Assembly: GCA_963662585.1 (NCBI GenBank) | Contig: OY759729.1 | Location: forward strand, 544,001 to 608,000 | Direction: 5' to 3' | From: Candidatus Cloacimonadales bacterium | GTDB taxonomy: Bacteria > Cloacimonadota > Cloacimonadia > Cloacimonadales > JAFGVF01 | Length of the DNA: 64,000 nucleotides | Shown here: in pieces, positions 31,302 to 41,180 of the stretch | Layout: each line of letters begins with the position of its first letter | Position numbering within the stretch: the first letter of the stretch is position 1 | The notes under the pieces: model-generated | Seen by the model: the letters and a program-made list of their open reading frames with translations, nothing else | What the model was told of the DNA's origin: nothing | The model's database searches: none | Made by a program: the position numbers and the translations under genes

Positions 31302-32972
31302 ATGAAAAGAGTAATATTATTACTTATCGCTTTGATTGCTGTCGTATTAGTTTCAGCACAACCAGTTAGTTCACTATTTGAATCATTTGATGCTGAAGCA
31401 GTTATGCCAGATGGTTGGAGCACAATCATTGAATCAGAAAATACAGCAGCAAATGTTTGGGTACATACTTCAGACTTTGATGCTTACTCAGGAACAAACT
31501 TTATAAAAATGTATGGAGATACTGAAGCTGATCAAGACTATATTATGTTAGTAACTCCAGAGTTAACTCAACTTTCAGATAATGAACTTACTTTTATGGC
31601 GAAAAGTAGCTGGGGACAAGACACTGACTCTTTAAGAATCGGTTCAATGACAGACCCTACTGATAGAAATACCTATACTGAATTAGCTGTGTTTGCTCTT
31701 ACTTTCGAATATCAACAGTTTAGTGTAAGTTTCTCACCAGAAAACAGTGATAGTTATATTGCATTCTTGCACATGCCTTTGGGAACAGTTGGTTATTCAG
31801 CATATATTGATGATATCTCTTGGGAATCATCAGCAACAATACCTAATCCTGCAACAGTAGTAGCACCTCTTAACGGAGCTGAAGATGTTATTATCACTTA
31901 TGATAGTCATGGACTTCAATTCCCATTAGTATGGTCTTCAAATGGTGGAAATCCAACAAGTTATATCCTTAACTTTGGAACAAACAATCCTCCTGACAAC
32001 ATTATTAGTAATACTGATCTAGGAAATGTTACTGAGTATTTCATAACTGAAGCTTTAGATTATTCAACACAATATTTCTGGCAGATTATTCCTACTAACG
32101 AAACTGGTAATGCTCTTGATTGTCCTATTTGGGGATTCACTACTATGGATAATATTGTTATTGATTTCAATGAAGTTGATGAATATAGTCAAGGATTTGA
32201 GTCTGCTGAAATTGGTGGTTTACCACTTGGTTGGGAATTTGAGAATTTAAATGATGATACTTCTTGGTGGGAAGTTATTGCTAATTCTCAATGGTCAGAA
32301 AATTCTCACTCAGGAGAAAAAGCTGCTCACATGAGATTTGGCTTTTCTTCTGCTCATGATGATTGGTTATATTCTCCTGCAATGGATCTTATAGCTGGTA
32401 ATACATACACTATTTCTTTCTGGTACAAAAACTCTCCTTTCGAAGATTCTGTTGAAAAAATGAATTTCTTTATTGGTGATTTACCAACAGCTACAGAAAT
32501 GACTACACAGTTATGGGATAATAATAATATCGTAAATAGTACTTACGAACAAGTTACTCTTGAATATACTGCAGAAGAATCAGGATTAAAGTTCTTAGGA
32601 TGGCATGCTTATAGTGATGCAATTCAAATGGTTCTTCTCTTAGATGACATCACTATTACTGAAGAAGAAGCAGTAGCAAATGAAAATGATATTGCTCAAT
32701 TAGCAGACTTATCACTTTCAAACTACCCTAATCCTTTCAACCCTGAAACAACAATTAATTTTTCAATCCCTAAGAATGAAGTTGGAAGTTTAAAAATATA
32801 TAACCTTAAAGGTCAATTAATTAGAGAATTTAATAATCTTACTTCCAATGATAGACAAATCTTATGGAATGGTACAAATAGCAATAATCAAGAGATTCCT
32901 TCAGGAATCTACTTAACTAAATTAGTTTCAGGCAGTAGTCAGCTTGTCAAAAAAGTAACACTCCTTAAATAG
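31302..32972 (+). CDS. Secreted protein with two cleaved-adhesin/choice-of-anchor J-like domains and C-terminal FlgD-Ig/T9SS-like sorting domain
   Basis: Signal peptide; two F[DE]...P.GW ... L.[TS]P ... DDI domains; NYPNPFNPET...SGIY...KKVTLLK. Confidence 0.8.
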   Translation: MKRVILLLIALIAVVLVSAQPVSSLFESFDAEAVMPDGWSTIIESENTAANVWVHTSDFDAYSGTNFIKMYGDTEADQDYIMLVTPELTQLSDNELTFMAKSSWGQDTDSLRIGSMTDPTDRNTYTELAVFALTFEYQQFSVSFSPENSDSYIAFLHMPLGTVGYSAYIDDISWESSATIPNPATVVAPLNGAEDVIITYDSHGLQFPLVWSSNGGNPTSYILNFGTNNPPDNIISNTDLGNVTEYFITEALDYSTQYFWQIIPTNETGNALDCPIWGFTTMDNIVIDFNEVDEYSQGFESAEIGGLPLGWEFENLNDDTSWWEVIANSQWSENSHSGEKAAHMRFGFSSAHDDWLYSPAMDLIAGNTYTISFWYKNSPFEDSVEKMNFFIGDLPTATEMTTQLWDNNNIVNSTYEQVTLEYTAEESGLKFLGWHAYSDAIQMVLLLDDITITEEEAVANENDIAQLADLSLSNYPNPFNPETTINFSIPKNEVGSLKIYNLKGQLIREFNNLTSNDRQILWNGTNSNNQEIPSGIYLTKLVSGSSQLVKKVTLLK

Positions 32973-32991
32973 TTAAGTATTTCACATCACT

Positions 32992-33021
32992 AAAGGCTGG
33001 CTCCCACCAGCCTTTTTTTTT
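32992..33021 (+). terminator. Intrinsic terminator
   Basis: AAAGGCTGG-CTCCCA-CCAGCCTTT plus long T-run. Confidence 0.85.
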
Positions 33022-33022
33022 A

Positions 33023-33206
33023 TAACTGGAATGTGGGCATCCTGCTAGCACTCCCAGTTAAGAAAACACCCCCTGTATCCTCCTCGCGGAGGGGGATTTA
33101 AGAGTGTCCGCCCTCTCTCTATGGACTGGGGGCGTCCCTGCCGCCAGAAAAGATAAGAGGCAGGCTGAGTACAGCCTGATGGAAGCAGAGACGCTTCCAT
33201 TCCATA
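33023..33206. repeat. Composite REP-like hairpin cluster
   Basis: AACTGG..CCCAGTT doublet, reversed CCCCCTC module, and TATGGA...TCCATA 87-bp doublet (33120-33206) shared with other clusters. Confidence 0.85.
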
Positions 33207-33210
33207 GAAA

Positions 33211-33245
33211 GCAAAAGAGCTCCGAATTGAATCAGAGCTCTTTGC
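33211..33245 (-). terminator. Hairpin terminator after GLUG-repeat gene
   Basis: GCAAAAGAGCTC...GAGCTCTTTGC inverted repeat. Confidence 0.6.
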
Positions 33246-33266
33246 GTTAGTAGTTGTTTTAATAAT

Positions 33267-35855
33267 CTATTTCATTAGAATCATTTTATTAGTTTTGTGA
33301 TATTTATTAGCAACAAGCTTGTATAGATAGATTCCTGAAGCAACTTTATTGTTATTGTCATCAGCACCATTCCAAACAGCATTAACTCTTACATTTGGTG
33401 TTTCAACTCTATCATTCAAAAGTCTTTTAACCAACTGACCTTTCATGTTATAAATCTCAATGGTTACAACTTGTGGTTCAGCCACAGAGAATGAAATAAT
33501 GGTTGAAGGGTTAAAAGGATTTGGATAGTTTCCAAAAAGTTGGGTTCCGAATGTAATATCTTCGATATCATGATTTTGGTCATCAGAAATTTTAACACTT
33601 ACTGGACCAAACATCTCAGTAGTACCATTAAAATCATTTGCTTGTAACCAGTAGTTATAAGTAGTATTCATTTCAACTTCATCATCAGTGTAAGAGTAGC
33701 TCTCGCCCATAGCAGAGTTTGTTGCTTGGATCATAGTTGCAGTTAATCTTAATGCTTCATCTTCATTATCAGATTCTGCTCTATAGATGTTATAACCTAA
33801 TAGATTCGATTCAGAAGCAGTTTCCCAGTTAATCTGAGCATAATTAGCTGAAGTAATTACAGCATTGAAGGATGATAGTTCTATAGGAAGAGTAGAATCT
33901 TCACCATCGTTTAAGAAGATAATTACTTCTCCATCTTTAGCAGTAAAATCTACACCTACAAAAGTAAAGCTTCTATCAACATCTGTCTCACCAATAAATA
34001 TAGGATTTGCACTATGCCAACTCCCTCTATAATAGATTTTACCATACCAATTCCCAGCTGGAGCTGTAACTTGAATATCAATATCATCAGCAAAACCTGT
34101 TAAACCTATTACTCTCTTATTACCTAAATTTTCATAATTAGGAAGTGAGGTAATTAAGGAATGATTCTCATCTACGCTGTTATCTAAATTTAGATCTACT
34201 GATGGCTGAATCATAACATCATCTATTTCAGTATCTACATTTTCAGGAAAATCTGCTAATATAGGATAATATTCTTCAGCCCAAGTAAGATATGGGTAAC
34301 CATCATTTCTTCCAGAATCTATACTCCAAATCTCCTCTTGACCATTGGCAGTTTCATCTACAAAATCCCACTGTGCATTTACATAAATATTGATGTCTTG
34401 CATCTCTGTAGTTGTTTTTCCTGTTCCACCAGCACTAGAAGTTTGTCCTGAAGTTTCTGTATCCCAGAAAGAATTGCTGATTGTTGAATCATAAGCATAA
34501 CCAACTAAGCCTCCGACTTTATCATTTCCAGTCACAGCTCCTGTTGCGTAAGAGTTGCTGATGGTGGAAGAATTAGTAAGATTTCCAACTAAGCCTCCGA
34601 CTATAATATATCCAGTCACAACTCCTGTTGCATAAGAGTTGCTAATGGTGGAAGAATAAGAAGCATAACCAACTAAACCTCCTGACCTAATTCTTCCACT
34701 CACATCTCCTGTAGCGTAAGAGTTGCTAATGTTGGAAGAAGAATAAGCATAACCAACTAAGCCTCCAATAGCCTCATCACCTCCACTCACATCTCCTGTT
34801 GCGTAAGAATTGCTGATGGTTGATTCACGAGAAAAGCCAACTAAGCCTCCAATAGCCTCATCACCTCCACTCACATCTCCTGTTGCATAAGAGTTGCTAA
34901 TGGTGGAAGAATTAGTAAGATTTCCAACTAAACCTCCAATATAATCATCACTTCCACTCACAGCTCCTGTAGCATAAGAGTTGCTGATGCTTGAAAAAGA
35001 ATAAGCATAACCAACTAAGCCTCCGATAGAAGTAATTCCACTCACAGCTCCTGTAGCATAAGAGTAGCTGATGGTTGCAGAAATAGAAGCATAACCAACT
35101 AAGCCTCCAGTATAGCCATATCCACTCACATCTCCTGTAGCATAAGAATTGCTGATGGTTGCAGAAGTATAAGCAGAACCAACTAAGCCTCCGACTTTAT
35201 ACCTTCCACTCACAGCTCCTGTTGCGTAAGAGTTGCTGATGGTTGATTCACGAGAATAGCCAACTAATCCTCCAATATAATCAACACTTCCACTCACATC
35301 TCCTGTTGCATAAGAATTGCTGATGGTTGCAGAAGTATAAGCATAACCAACTAAGCCTCCGACTTTATCATTTCCAGTCACAGCTCCTGTTGCGTAAGAG
35401 TTGCTGATGGTTGATTCACGAGCATAGCCAACTAAGCCTCCGACATGATAATGACCACTAATGTTAGCATCTACTATACCCAGATTAGAGATTTCAGCAT
35501 ATTCTGTGAAACCAAACAAGCCAATATACCATGTACTTGGCCTGTTAATGTAGAGATTATTGATAGTATGTCCTTGTCCATCATAAGAACCCGTAAAGTG
35601 GTTGTCAACGTTACTAATCGGACTAAACCCAGCTCCATCATTTAACGCTAAAGTAGATGAAGCATCTATATCAGCAGTTTGAAGAAAGTGTGAGCTCCAT
35701 AAAGAAGTACTTTCACTAATAGTTATTAAATCTTGTATATTTTCAACTAAATAGGGATCAGATTCGGTACCGAAACCATTAAAAGTTGTTCCTTGTGCAT
35801 AAATACTCGTAATCGCCAAACTAATAAGTAAAAGAATCAAACTAATTCTTTTCAT
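33267..35855 (-). CDS. Secreted GLUG-repeat protein with C-terminal FlgD-Ig/T9SS-like sorting domain
   Basis: AGGAGG RBS, signal peptide, G.GTESDPY, 12 GGLVG...ISNSYATG repeats, STLPIELSSF, NYPNPFNP, KMILMK. Confidence 0.88.
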   Translation of the reverse strand: MKRISLILLLISLAITSIYAQGTTFNGFGTESDPYLVENIQDLITISESTSLWSSHFLQTADIDASSTLALNDGAGFSPISNVDNHFTGSYDGQGHTINNLYINRPSTWYIGLFGFTEYAEISNLGIVDANISGHYHVGGLVGYARESTISNSYATGAVTGNDKVGGLVGYAYTSATISNSYATGDVSGSVDYIGGLVGYSRESTISNSYATGAVSGRYKVGGLVGSAYTSATISNSYATGDVSGYGYTGGLVGYASISATISYSYATGAVSGITSIGGLVGYAYSFSSISNSYATGAVSGSDDYIGGLVGNLTNSSTISNSYATGDVSGGDEAIGGLVGFSRESTISNSYATGDVSGGDEAIGGLVGYAYSSSNISNSYATGDVSGRIRSGGLVGYASYSSTISNSYATGVVTGYIIVGGLVGNLTNSSTISNSYATGAVTGNDKVGGLVGYAYDSTISNSFWDTETSGQTSSAGGTGKTTTEMQDINIYVNAQWDFVDETANGQEEIWSIDSGRNDGYPYLTWAEEYYPILADFPENVDTEIDDVMIQPSVDLNLDNSVDENHSLITSLPNYENLGNKRVIGLTGFADDIDIQVTAPAGNWYGKIYYRGSWHSANPIFIGETDVDRSFTFVGVDFTAKDGEVIIFLNDGEDSTLPIELSSFNAVITSANYAQINWETASESNLLGYNIYRAESDNEDEALRLTATMIQATNSAMGESYSYTDDEVEMNTTYNYWLQANDFNGTTEMFGPVSVKISDDQNHDIEDITFGTQLFGNYPNPFNPSTIISFSVAEPQVVTIEIYNMKGQLVKRLLNDRVETPNVRVNAVWNGADDNNNKVASGIYLYKLVANKYHKTNKMILMK
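34470..35450 (-). repeat. Twelve intragenic tandem repeats of ~81-87 bp (GLUG motif)
   Basis: Recurring CCAACTAA(G/A/T)CCTCC and CCTGT(T/A)GC(A/G)TAAGA on plus strand. Confidence 0.9.
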
Positions 35856-36136
35856 AATTACCTCCTAAATTTTGCTTAGATAGAGATTGAGTTGAGTGAA
35901 TATTATATAACCTCCACTAACTTATCTCTCATTTTTGTTAATGTTCTTAATATTTATCATGTTGTTTAGTAAGTGCTATAGTAGTGTGGTAACTTTAAAT
36001 AAAGCACTTTTAAAATTAATAGTATCAATTATTTGAAAAGAGAATTATAATGTCAAGGGTAATATTTGGGAATTAAATTTTAATTGTAATATATTTTCTC
36101 TATGAAATAGTTAACTAGCCTGTAAATGCTATGGAT

Positions 36137-36376
36137 TATGGAATGGAAGCGTCCCTGCTTCCATCAGGCAGTACTCAGCCTGCTTATTAATTAATCCCTT
36201 TGGGATTTAAGATATATCATTGCCTTGCAATGATGCGGGCTGGAATCCCGCTTTCCCAGTTATTAGTGGCCGTATTGCCATACGCCCACCCAATTAATGC
36301 CTGCAAGGATGCAGGCGCTCCCAGTAAAAGAAAAACACCCTCCGTATTCTCCTCGCTGAGAGGGATTTAAGAGGGT
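36137..36376. repeat. Composite REP-like hairpin cluster (more degenerate)
   Basis: TATGGAATGGAAGCGTCCCTGCTTCCA, GCGGGCTGGAATCCCGC.TTCCCAGTT, CGTATTGCCATACG, GCCTGCAAGGATGCAGGC, reversed CCCTC module. Confidence 0.85.
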
Positions 36377-36410
36377 GTCTTATAATTAGTATTTTAATAT
36401 CTTTAAAATA

Positions 36411-37868
36411 TTATTTTTCTATTGGGAATCTCACATTTAGTTGTTTCACGGCTCTCACATCATCAACTCTTCTAACAGGAGTATTAAATGGAGCGTGGTG
36501 AAGTGATTCTGGATCTGTTTCTATTTCATGAGCAATTTCGATCATAGCACTAATGAATTTATCTAAAGTTTGCTTTGATTCTGTTTCAGTAGGTTCAATC
36601 ATAATCGCTTCACTAATAATTAGTGGGAAGTAGATAGTTGGAGCATGGTAGCCTTTATCTAAAAGTCTCTTAGCAATATCTAAGGTACTCACACCATATT
36701 TTTTCTTCTGAATAGTACCATCAGCAACAAATTCATGCATACAGTATTGGTCAGCATGACTAATGTTATAGTAATCTTTTAACTTAGCTTGGAGATAATT
36801 AGCATTAATAACAGCGTTTTCGCCAACACTTCTAATACCTTCTGCACCTAGCATTTTGATATAAACATAGGCTCTAACATTGATTCCGAAATTACCATAA
36901 TAAGTATGAACTTTACCTATTGAAGTTTTTTCATGAGAATAATCTAAGAAATAACCATTATCATTTTTAGAAATCATAGGAACAGGTAAGAATTTAGTTA
37001 AATGTTCAACAACACCGACAGCACCTGAGCCTGGTCCGCCACCGCCATGAGGAGTTGAGAATGTTTTATGTAAATTATAATGCATCACATCAAAGCCGAT
37101 TTTACCTGGTTGAACAATACCAAGGAGAGCATTAAAATTAGCTCCATCCATATACATTAAACCATCAACAGCATGAATAATTTCAGCAATTTCTTCAATC
37201 TTATTCTCAAAAAGGCCAAGTGTATTAGGGTTAGTAAGCATGAATCCGGCAGTATTTTCATCTACCATCTTTCTAAGTTCTTCAACATCTACTTTACCTT
37301 GAGAATTTGATTTAAGTTCTTTAACATCAAAACCAGCTAAAGAACAAGATGCAGGGTTAGTACCATGAGCAGAGTCTGGCATAATGATAACTTTTTTATG
37401 ATGATTTCCTTTAGCTTGATGATAAGCGCTGATAATCTTTAAACCAACGAATTCACCTTGAGCACCAGCTACTGGTTGAAGAGTAACATTTGCCATGCCT
37501 GAGATTTCGGCTAAATCATTTTGGAGTTCATGCATAATTTGCAAAGCACCTTGAACAGTTTCTTCTGGTTGAAGAGGGTGTAAATTAGCAATTCCTGATT
37601 GGCGAGCAACAACTTCATTGATCTTTGGATTATACTTCATTGTACAAGAGCCAAGTGGATAGAATCCTTTTTCGATGAAATGGTTTTTACTACTTAATTC
37701 AATATAATGTCTCATTACATCAAGTTCTGAACTCTGAGGTAATTTAGCATCTTCTTTACGAACTAAGTTTGCAGGAAGAACATCTTTTAATTCAATATTA
37801 ACATCATTCTTAGAAATGTTATATCCTCTTCTTCCTTGAGAACTTTTTTCAAATATTGTTGTTGACAT
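36411..37868 (-). CDS. gcvPB: Glycine dehydrogenase (decarboxylating) subunit 2
   Basis: YPLGSCTMKYNP, SAHGTNPAS, NLHKTFSTPHGGGGPG, IEPTETES motifs. Confidence 0.96.
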   Translation of the reverse strand: MSTTIFEKSSQGRRGYNISKNDVNIELKDVLPANLVRKEDAKLPQSSELDVMRHYIELSSKNHFIEKGFYPLGSCTMKYNPKINEVVARQSGIANLHPLQPEETVQGALQIMHELQNDLAEISGMANVTLQPVAGAQGEFVGLKIISAYHQAKGNHHKKVIIMPDSAHGTNPASCSLAGFDVKELKSNSQGKVDVEELRKMVDENTAGFMLTNPNTLGLFENKIEEIAEIIHAVDGLMYMDGANFNALLGIVQPGKIGFDVMHYNLHKTFSTPHGGGGPGSGAVGVVEHLTKFLPVPMISKNDNGYFLDYSHEKTSIGKVHTYYGNFGINVRAYVYIKMLGAEGIRSVGENAVINANYLQAKLKDYYNISHADQYCMHEFVADGTIQKKKYGVSTLDIAKRLLDKGYHAPTIYFPLIISEAIMIEPTETESKQTLDKFISAMIEIAHEIETDPESLHHAPFNTPVRRVDDVRAVKQLNVRFPIEK

Positions 37869-39208
37869 TATATCACCTCCTTAAGAACAGCAAGGAATCT
37901 ATCAAGATCTGCTTTAGTTTTCTTTTCTGTAACAGCTATCATTAACTGATTATCATAACCAAATATTTTCATATCAACACCTGCGTAGATATTATGATTT
38001 AAAGCTTTTTCAATTATTTCTTCAGCAGGAATTGGTGTTTTAACAACAAACTCTTTAAAGAAAGTTTGTTGAGGATAAGCTAACTCAAATCCTTCAATTT
38101 TAGTAATTTCTTGAGCTAAATAGTGAGCTTTAGTTATAGATTGAGTTGCCACTTCTTTGATACCTTCTCTTCCCATTAGAGCCATATATACTGTGGCTGC
38201 TAAAGTACAAAGAGATTGATTAGAACAGATATTAGATGTTGCTTTTACTCTTCTAATATGCTGTTCACGAGCTTGAAGTGTTAAACTATAGGCTTTATTT
38301 CCAGCTTCATCAAGAGTTTCCCCTACTAATCTACCTGGCATTGTTCTAGCCATAGCTAATTTTGTAGCGAAGAAACCGAAAAGTGGTCCGCCATAATTGA
38401 TATTATTGCCTAGGGCTTGACCTTCACCAATAACAATATCAGCATTATATTCTGCTGGAGAATTGGTAATGGCTAAAGCTATTGGATCTGTAGAAGCAAT
38501 AAAAAGACCTTTTTTAGTCTGATGAGTAAGTTTCTCTGTGGCAAACATATCTTCAATGTTACCAAAGAAATTAGGACTTTGTACTAAAACACAAGCAATA
38601 TCATCATTCACTTTTGCTTCTAAATCTTTGATATCCATAACACCATTGACAGAGTTGATAAACTCTAACTCAATACCTAAGCCTTCAGTATATCTTTCAA
38701 TAACATTTTTAAAGTTTGGATTTATAGTACTAGCAATTAAAGCTTTGTTCTTTCTAGTGCTTCTAATAGCCATTAATATTGCTTCTGCAGCTGCTGATGC
38801 ACCATCGTACATACTCGCATTAGCAATTTCCATGCCTGTTAATTCGCAAATCATTGTTTGATATTCATAAATGAACTGCAAGGTACCTTGACTAACCTCA
38901 GCTTGATAAGGAGTATAAGCAGTGTAAAATTCTGGTCTTGAGACTATTGTATCTACTGCTGCAGGAATAAAATGATCATATACACCTGCTCCAAGATAAG
39001 AATCTGAAGCTTGAGTACACTTGTTTGTATTTGTAAGTTGAAATACTTTTCTTGAAATTTGTTGTTCTGAAAAAGCAGGTTCTAGATTTAGCTTATCTTT
39101 CATAACAAATTTCTCAGGGATGTTAGCAATTAGCTCTTTGAACGAAGAAACACCGATTTCGCGGAGCATCTCTTGTCGTTCTTGCTCAGTAGTTGAGATG
39201 TAAGGCAT
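37868..39208 (-). CDS. gcvPA: Glycine dehydrogenase (decarboxylating) subunit 1
   Basis: FYTAYTPYQAEVSQG, NASMYDG, REQHIRR.KATSNICSNQ motifs. Confidence 0.96.
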   Translation of the reverse strand: MPYISTTEQERQEMLREIGVSSFKELIANIPEKFVMKDKLNLEPAFSEQQISRKVFQLTNTNKCTQASDSYLGAGVYDHFIPAAVDTIVSRPEFYTAYTPYQAEVSQGTLQFIYEYQTMICELTGMEIANASMYDGASAAAEAILMAIRSTRKNKALIASTINPNFKNVIERYTEGLGIELEFINSVNGVMDIKDLEAKVNDDIACVLVQSPNFFGNIEDMFATEKLTHQTKKGLFIASTDPIALAITNSPAEYNADIVIGEGQALGNNINYGGPLFGFFATKLAMARTMPGRLVGETLDEAGNKAYSLTLQAREQHIRRVKATSNICSNQSLCTLAATVYMALMGREGIKEVATQSITKAHYLAQEITKIEGFELAYPQQTFFKEFVVKTPIPAEEIIEKALNHNIYAGVDMKIFGYDNQLMIAVTEKKTKADLDRFLAVLKEVI

Positions 39209-39347
39209 ATTAACTCCTTAATTTTAGTTTATTATTTAATAACTACTACATTTTAAGGCACTATTCTGTCAATAAAAAGTGAAATATTTTGCTAAATAAT
39301 TTTATAATTTCAGTTCAAAGAGAGATATCTCTTTACTTATCAATCAT

Positions 39348-40985
39348 TTACTTAGTAATCTTAAGTGGAAATTTCACATAAAAAGTAGAGCCTTCATGAA
39401 GAGCTGATTTTACCCAAATTTCTCCTTCTAATGATGCAACCAAGGCATAGACTATGGTTAGTCCTAGACCAGAGCCTTGGCTCAACTTATCTTTCTTATT
39501 CTCGAGTTGAGTAAATCCTTGAAATATAATATCCTTATCTTTTTCATTAAAACCTAATCCAGTATCTTTAACAAAAAATACGATATCGTCTTCTGCGATA
39601 TTATAGCCAAGGGTAATCTCGCCATAATCAGTGAATTTAGTAGCATTATCTAATAGATGGCTAAGAATTTTCTTTAATTTATCATGATCTGTTGTTATAG
39701 TTAATAATCTATCACAATCAGTGGGGAGTTGTAAAGAATAATTCAAGTTTTCAGATTTAGGAGTATCTTCAAACAATTTCACTAGAAAATCAAATATGCT
39801 AACTTCATCATGACTGATACTTACTAACTTACTATTTATCAAAGTAACATCTATCATATCATTAACTATTTTCAGTAATTTTTGCCCTGAATAATGAATT
39901 GATTTCAGATAATCATTTTGTAAATCAATATTATTTTCTTTCTTCCTTTTTAACAACAAATCTGAAAAACCTAAAATAGAGTTAAGAGGTGTCAGAAGTT
40001 CGTGAGAAACTGAGCGGAGAAAATTATCTTTAATCTTATTCATATTTCTAAGTTTATCTTTTGTTATTTCTAAATTCCGTTGAGTTTTCTCTTTTTCTGC
40101 TATTTCTTGAATTAGATACTGGGTTTGAGATTTAACCCTTGCTGCCAAAATCCGATTAAAAAAATAGAATCCGACAATAGAAAGCGATAAAATAATGATA
40201 AGTATTTTTACCCATTTAGGAAAGTAGTTTGGATTATTTTTATCTATATATTTAGAGATTGAAAGATAATAGATAGAGTTTGTATCCATCTTGTATTTAA
40301 CAATATAGCTATCTAAGATTGAAATTATCTCTTCTGCAAGTGGATTATTTATTGATAGTGCATATTTTAAATGAATCGGTTGAAACCAAAAAGGAGTTGC
40401 AGTAATTCGACCTCTCTTTTTATACATATTACCAATATCTTTATTGGCAACACCACCATAAACTTCCCCCTCCACAACAGCATCTAACAAATTAATATAG
40501 GAATCAAACTCAATATATTCCACATTAATATTGAAACCATTAAGTAGCTCTACAATCCCACCAGGCTCATTATAATTCACACTCCCTGATAAAACACCCA
40601 TTGTGTGATTTTGGAAATCCAAAAGAGAAGCAACATTCTCCTTTTTATGAGTAAAAATAGTTGACCATGATAAAAGGACCATTTCATTATTGAAAATCTT
40701 TTTATCTTTTCTGGAATCTAATTCAGCCACATCAAGCATCACATCAATAGCCCCTGAGTTTAGAAGTTCATTGCACTCTAACCAAGTCCCATATACCCAT
40801 ATTATCTCAATCTTTGCATCTTTGCCTATCTGATTTGTAACTTCTGCCCAAAAACCTTCAGCTTTGTTTGTTAACTCATCGTAGTATATTTTTGGTGGAT
40901 TATCATAGTACCCAACTCTTAAGCTTGATATAGCAAATAATTGCAAAAAACTCAACAATATAAGCATAATAAATGTATGTTTCAT
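39348..40985 (-). CDS. Membrane sensor histidine kinase with periplasmic substrate-binding (PBP family 3-like) domain
   Basis: LRVGYYDNPP SBP-like domain, TM helix, SHELLTPL H-box, NATKFT, DTGLG, GSGLGL, GSTF boxes; start ATG 40985. Confidence 0.9.
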   Translation of the reverse strand: MKHTFIMLILLSFLQLFAISSLRVGYYDNPPKIYYDELTNKAEGFWAEVTNQIGKDAKIEIIWVYGTWLECNELLNSGAIDVMLDVAELDSRKDKKIFNNEMVLLSWSTIFTHKKENVASLLDFQNHTMGVLSGSVNYNEPGGIVELLNGFNINVEYIEFDSYINLLDAVVEGEVYGGVANKDIGNMYKKRGRITATPFWFQPIHLKYALSINNPLAEEIISILDSYIVKYKMDTNSIYYLSISKYIDKNNPNYFPKWVKILIIILSLSIVGFYFFNRILAARVKSQTQYLIQEIAEKEKTQRNLEITKDKLRNMNKIKDNFLRSVSHELLTPLNSILGFSDLLLKRKKENNIDLQNDYLKSIHYSGQKLLKIVNDMIDVTLINSKLVSISHDEVSIFDFLVKLFEDTPKSENLNYSLQLPTDCDRLLTITTDHDKLKKILSHLLDNATKFTDYGEITLGYNIAEDDIVFFVKDTGLGFNEKDKDIIFQGFTQLENKKDKLSQGSGLGLTIVYALVASLEGEIWVKSALHEGSTFYVKFPLKITK

Positions 40986-41180
40986 TACTTCTACTCCTCT
41001 CTCCAAGAATAAGATAGTTGTATTTTGTGAAAAAACATATTTATTTTCATTATATATTTCAACTACTCCTTTCTCCTTTATCTGATTAATTTATTGATTC
41101 CTTTTGGGAATTATTCTTGACTAATTACTTTACATTTATAAACTTTGGAAAATATCATTCTAAGGAGAGAGGGATTGATA

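Noticed and set aside
34470..35450. Diversity-generating retroelement acting on GLUG repeats
   Set aside because: No reverse transcriptase or non-coding template repeat; differences are not adenine-specific.
15594..38861. Small ORFs nested in larger genes (15594, 19529, 20764, 20965, 29726, 30946, 31241, 35445, 38538)
   Set aside because: Overlap well-supported CDSs and show no independent coding evidence.
39209..39347. Glycine riboswitch upstream of gcvPA
   Set aside because: Region is short and AT-rich, with no recognisable aptamer core.
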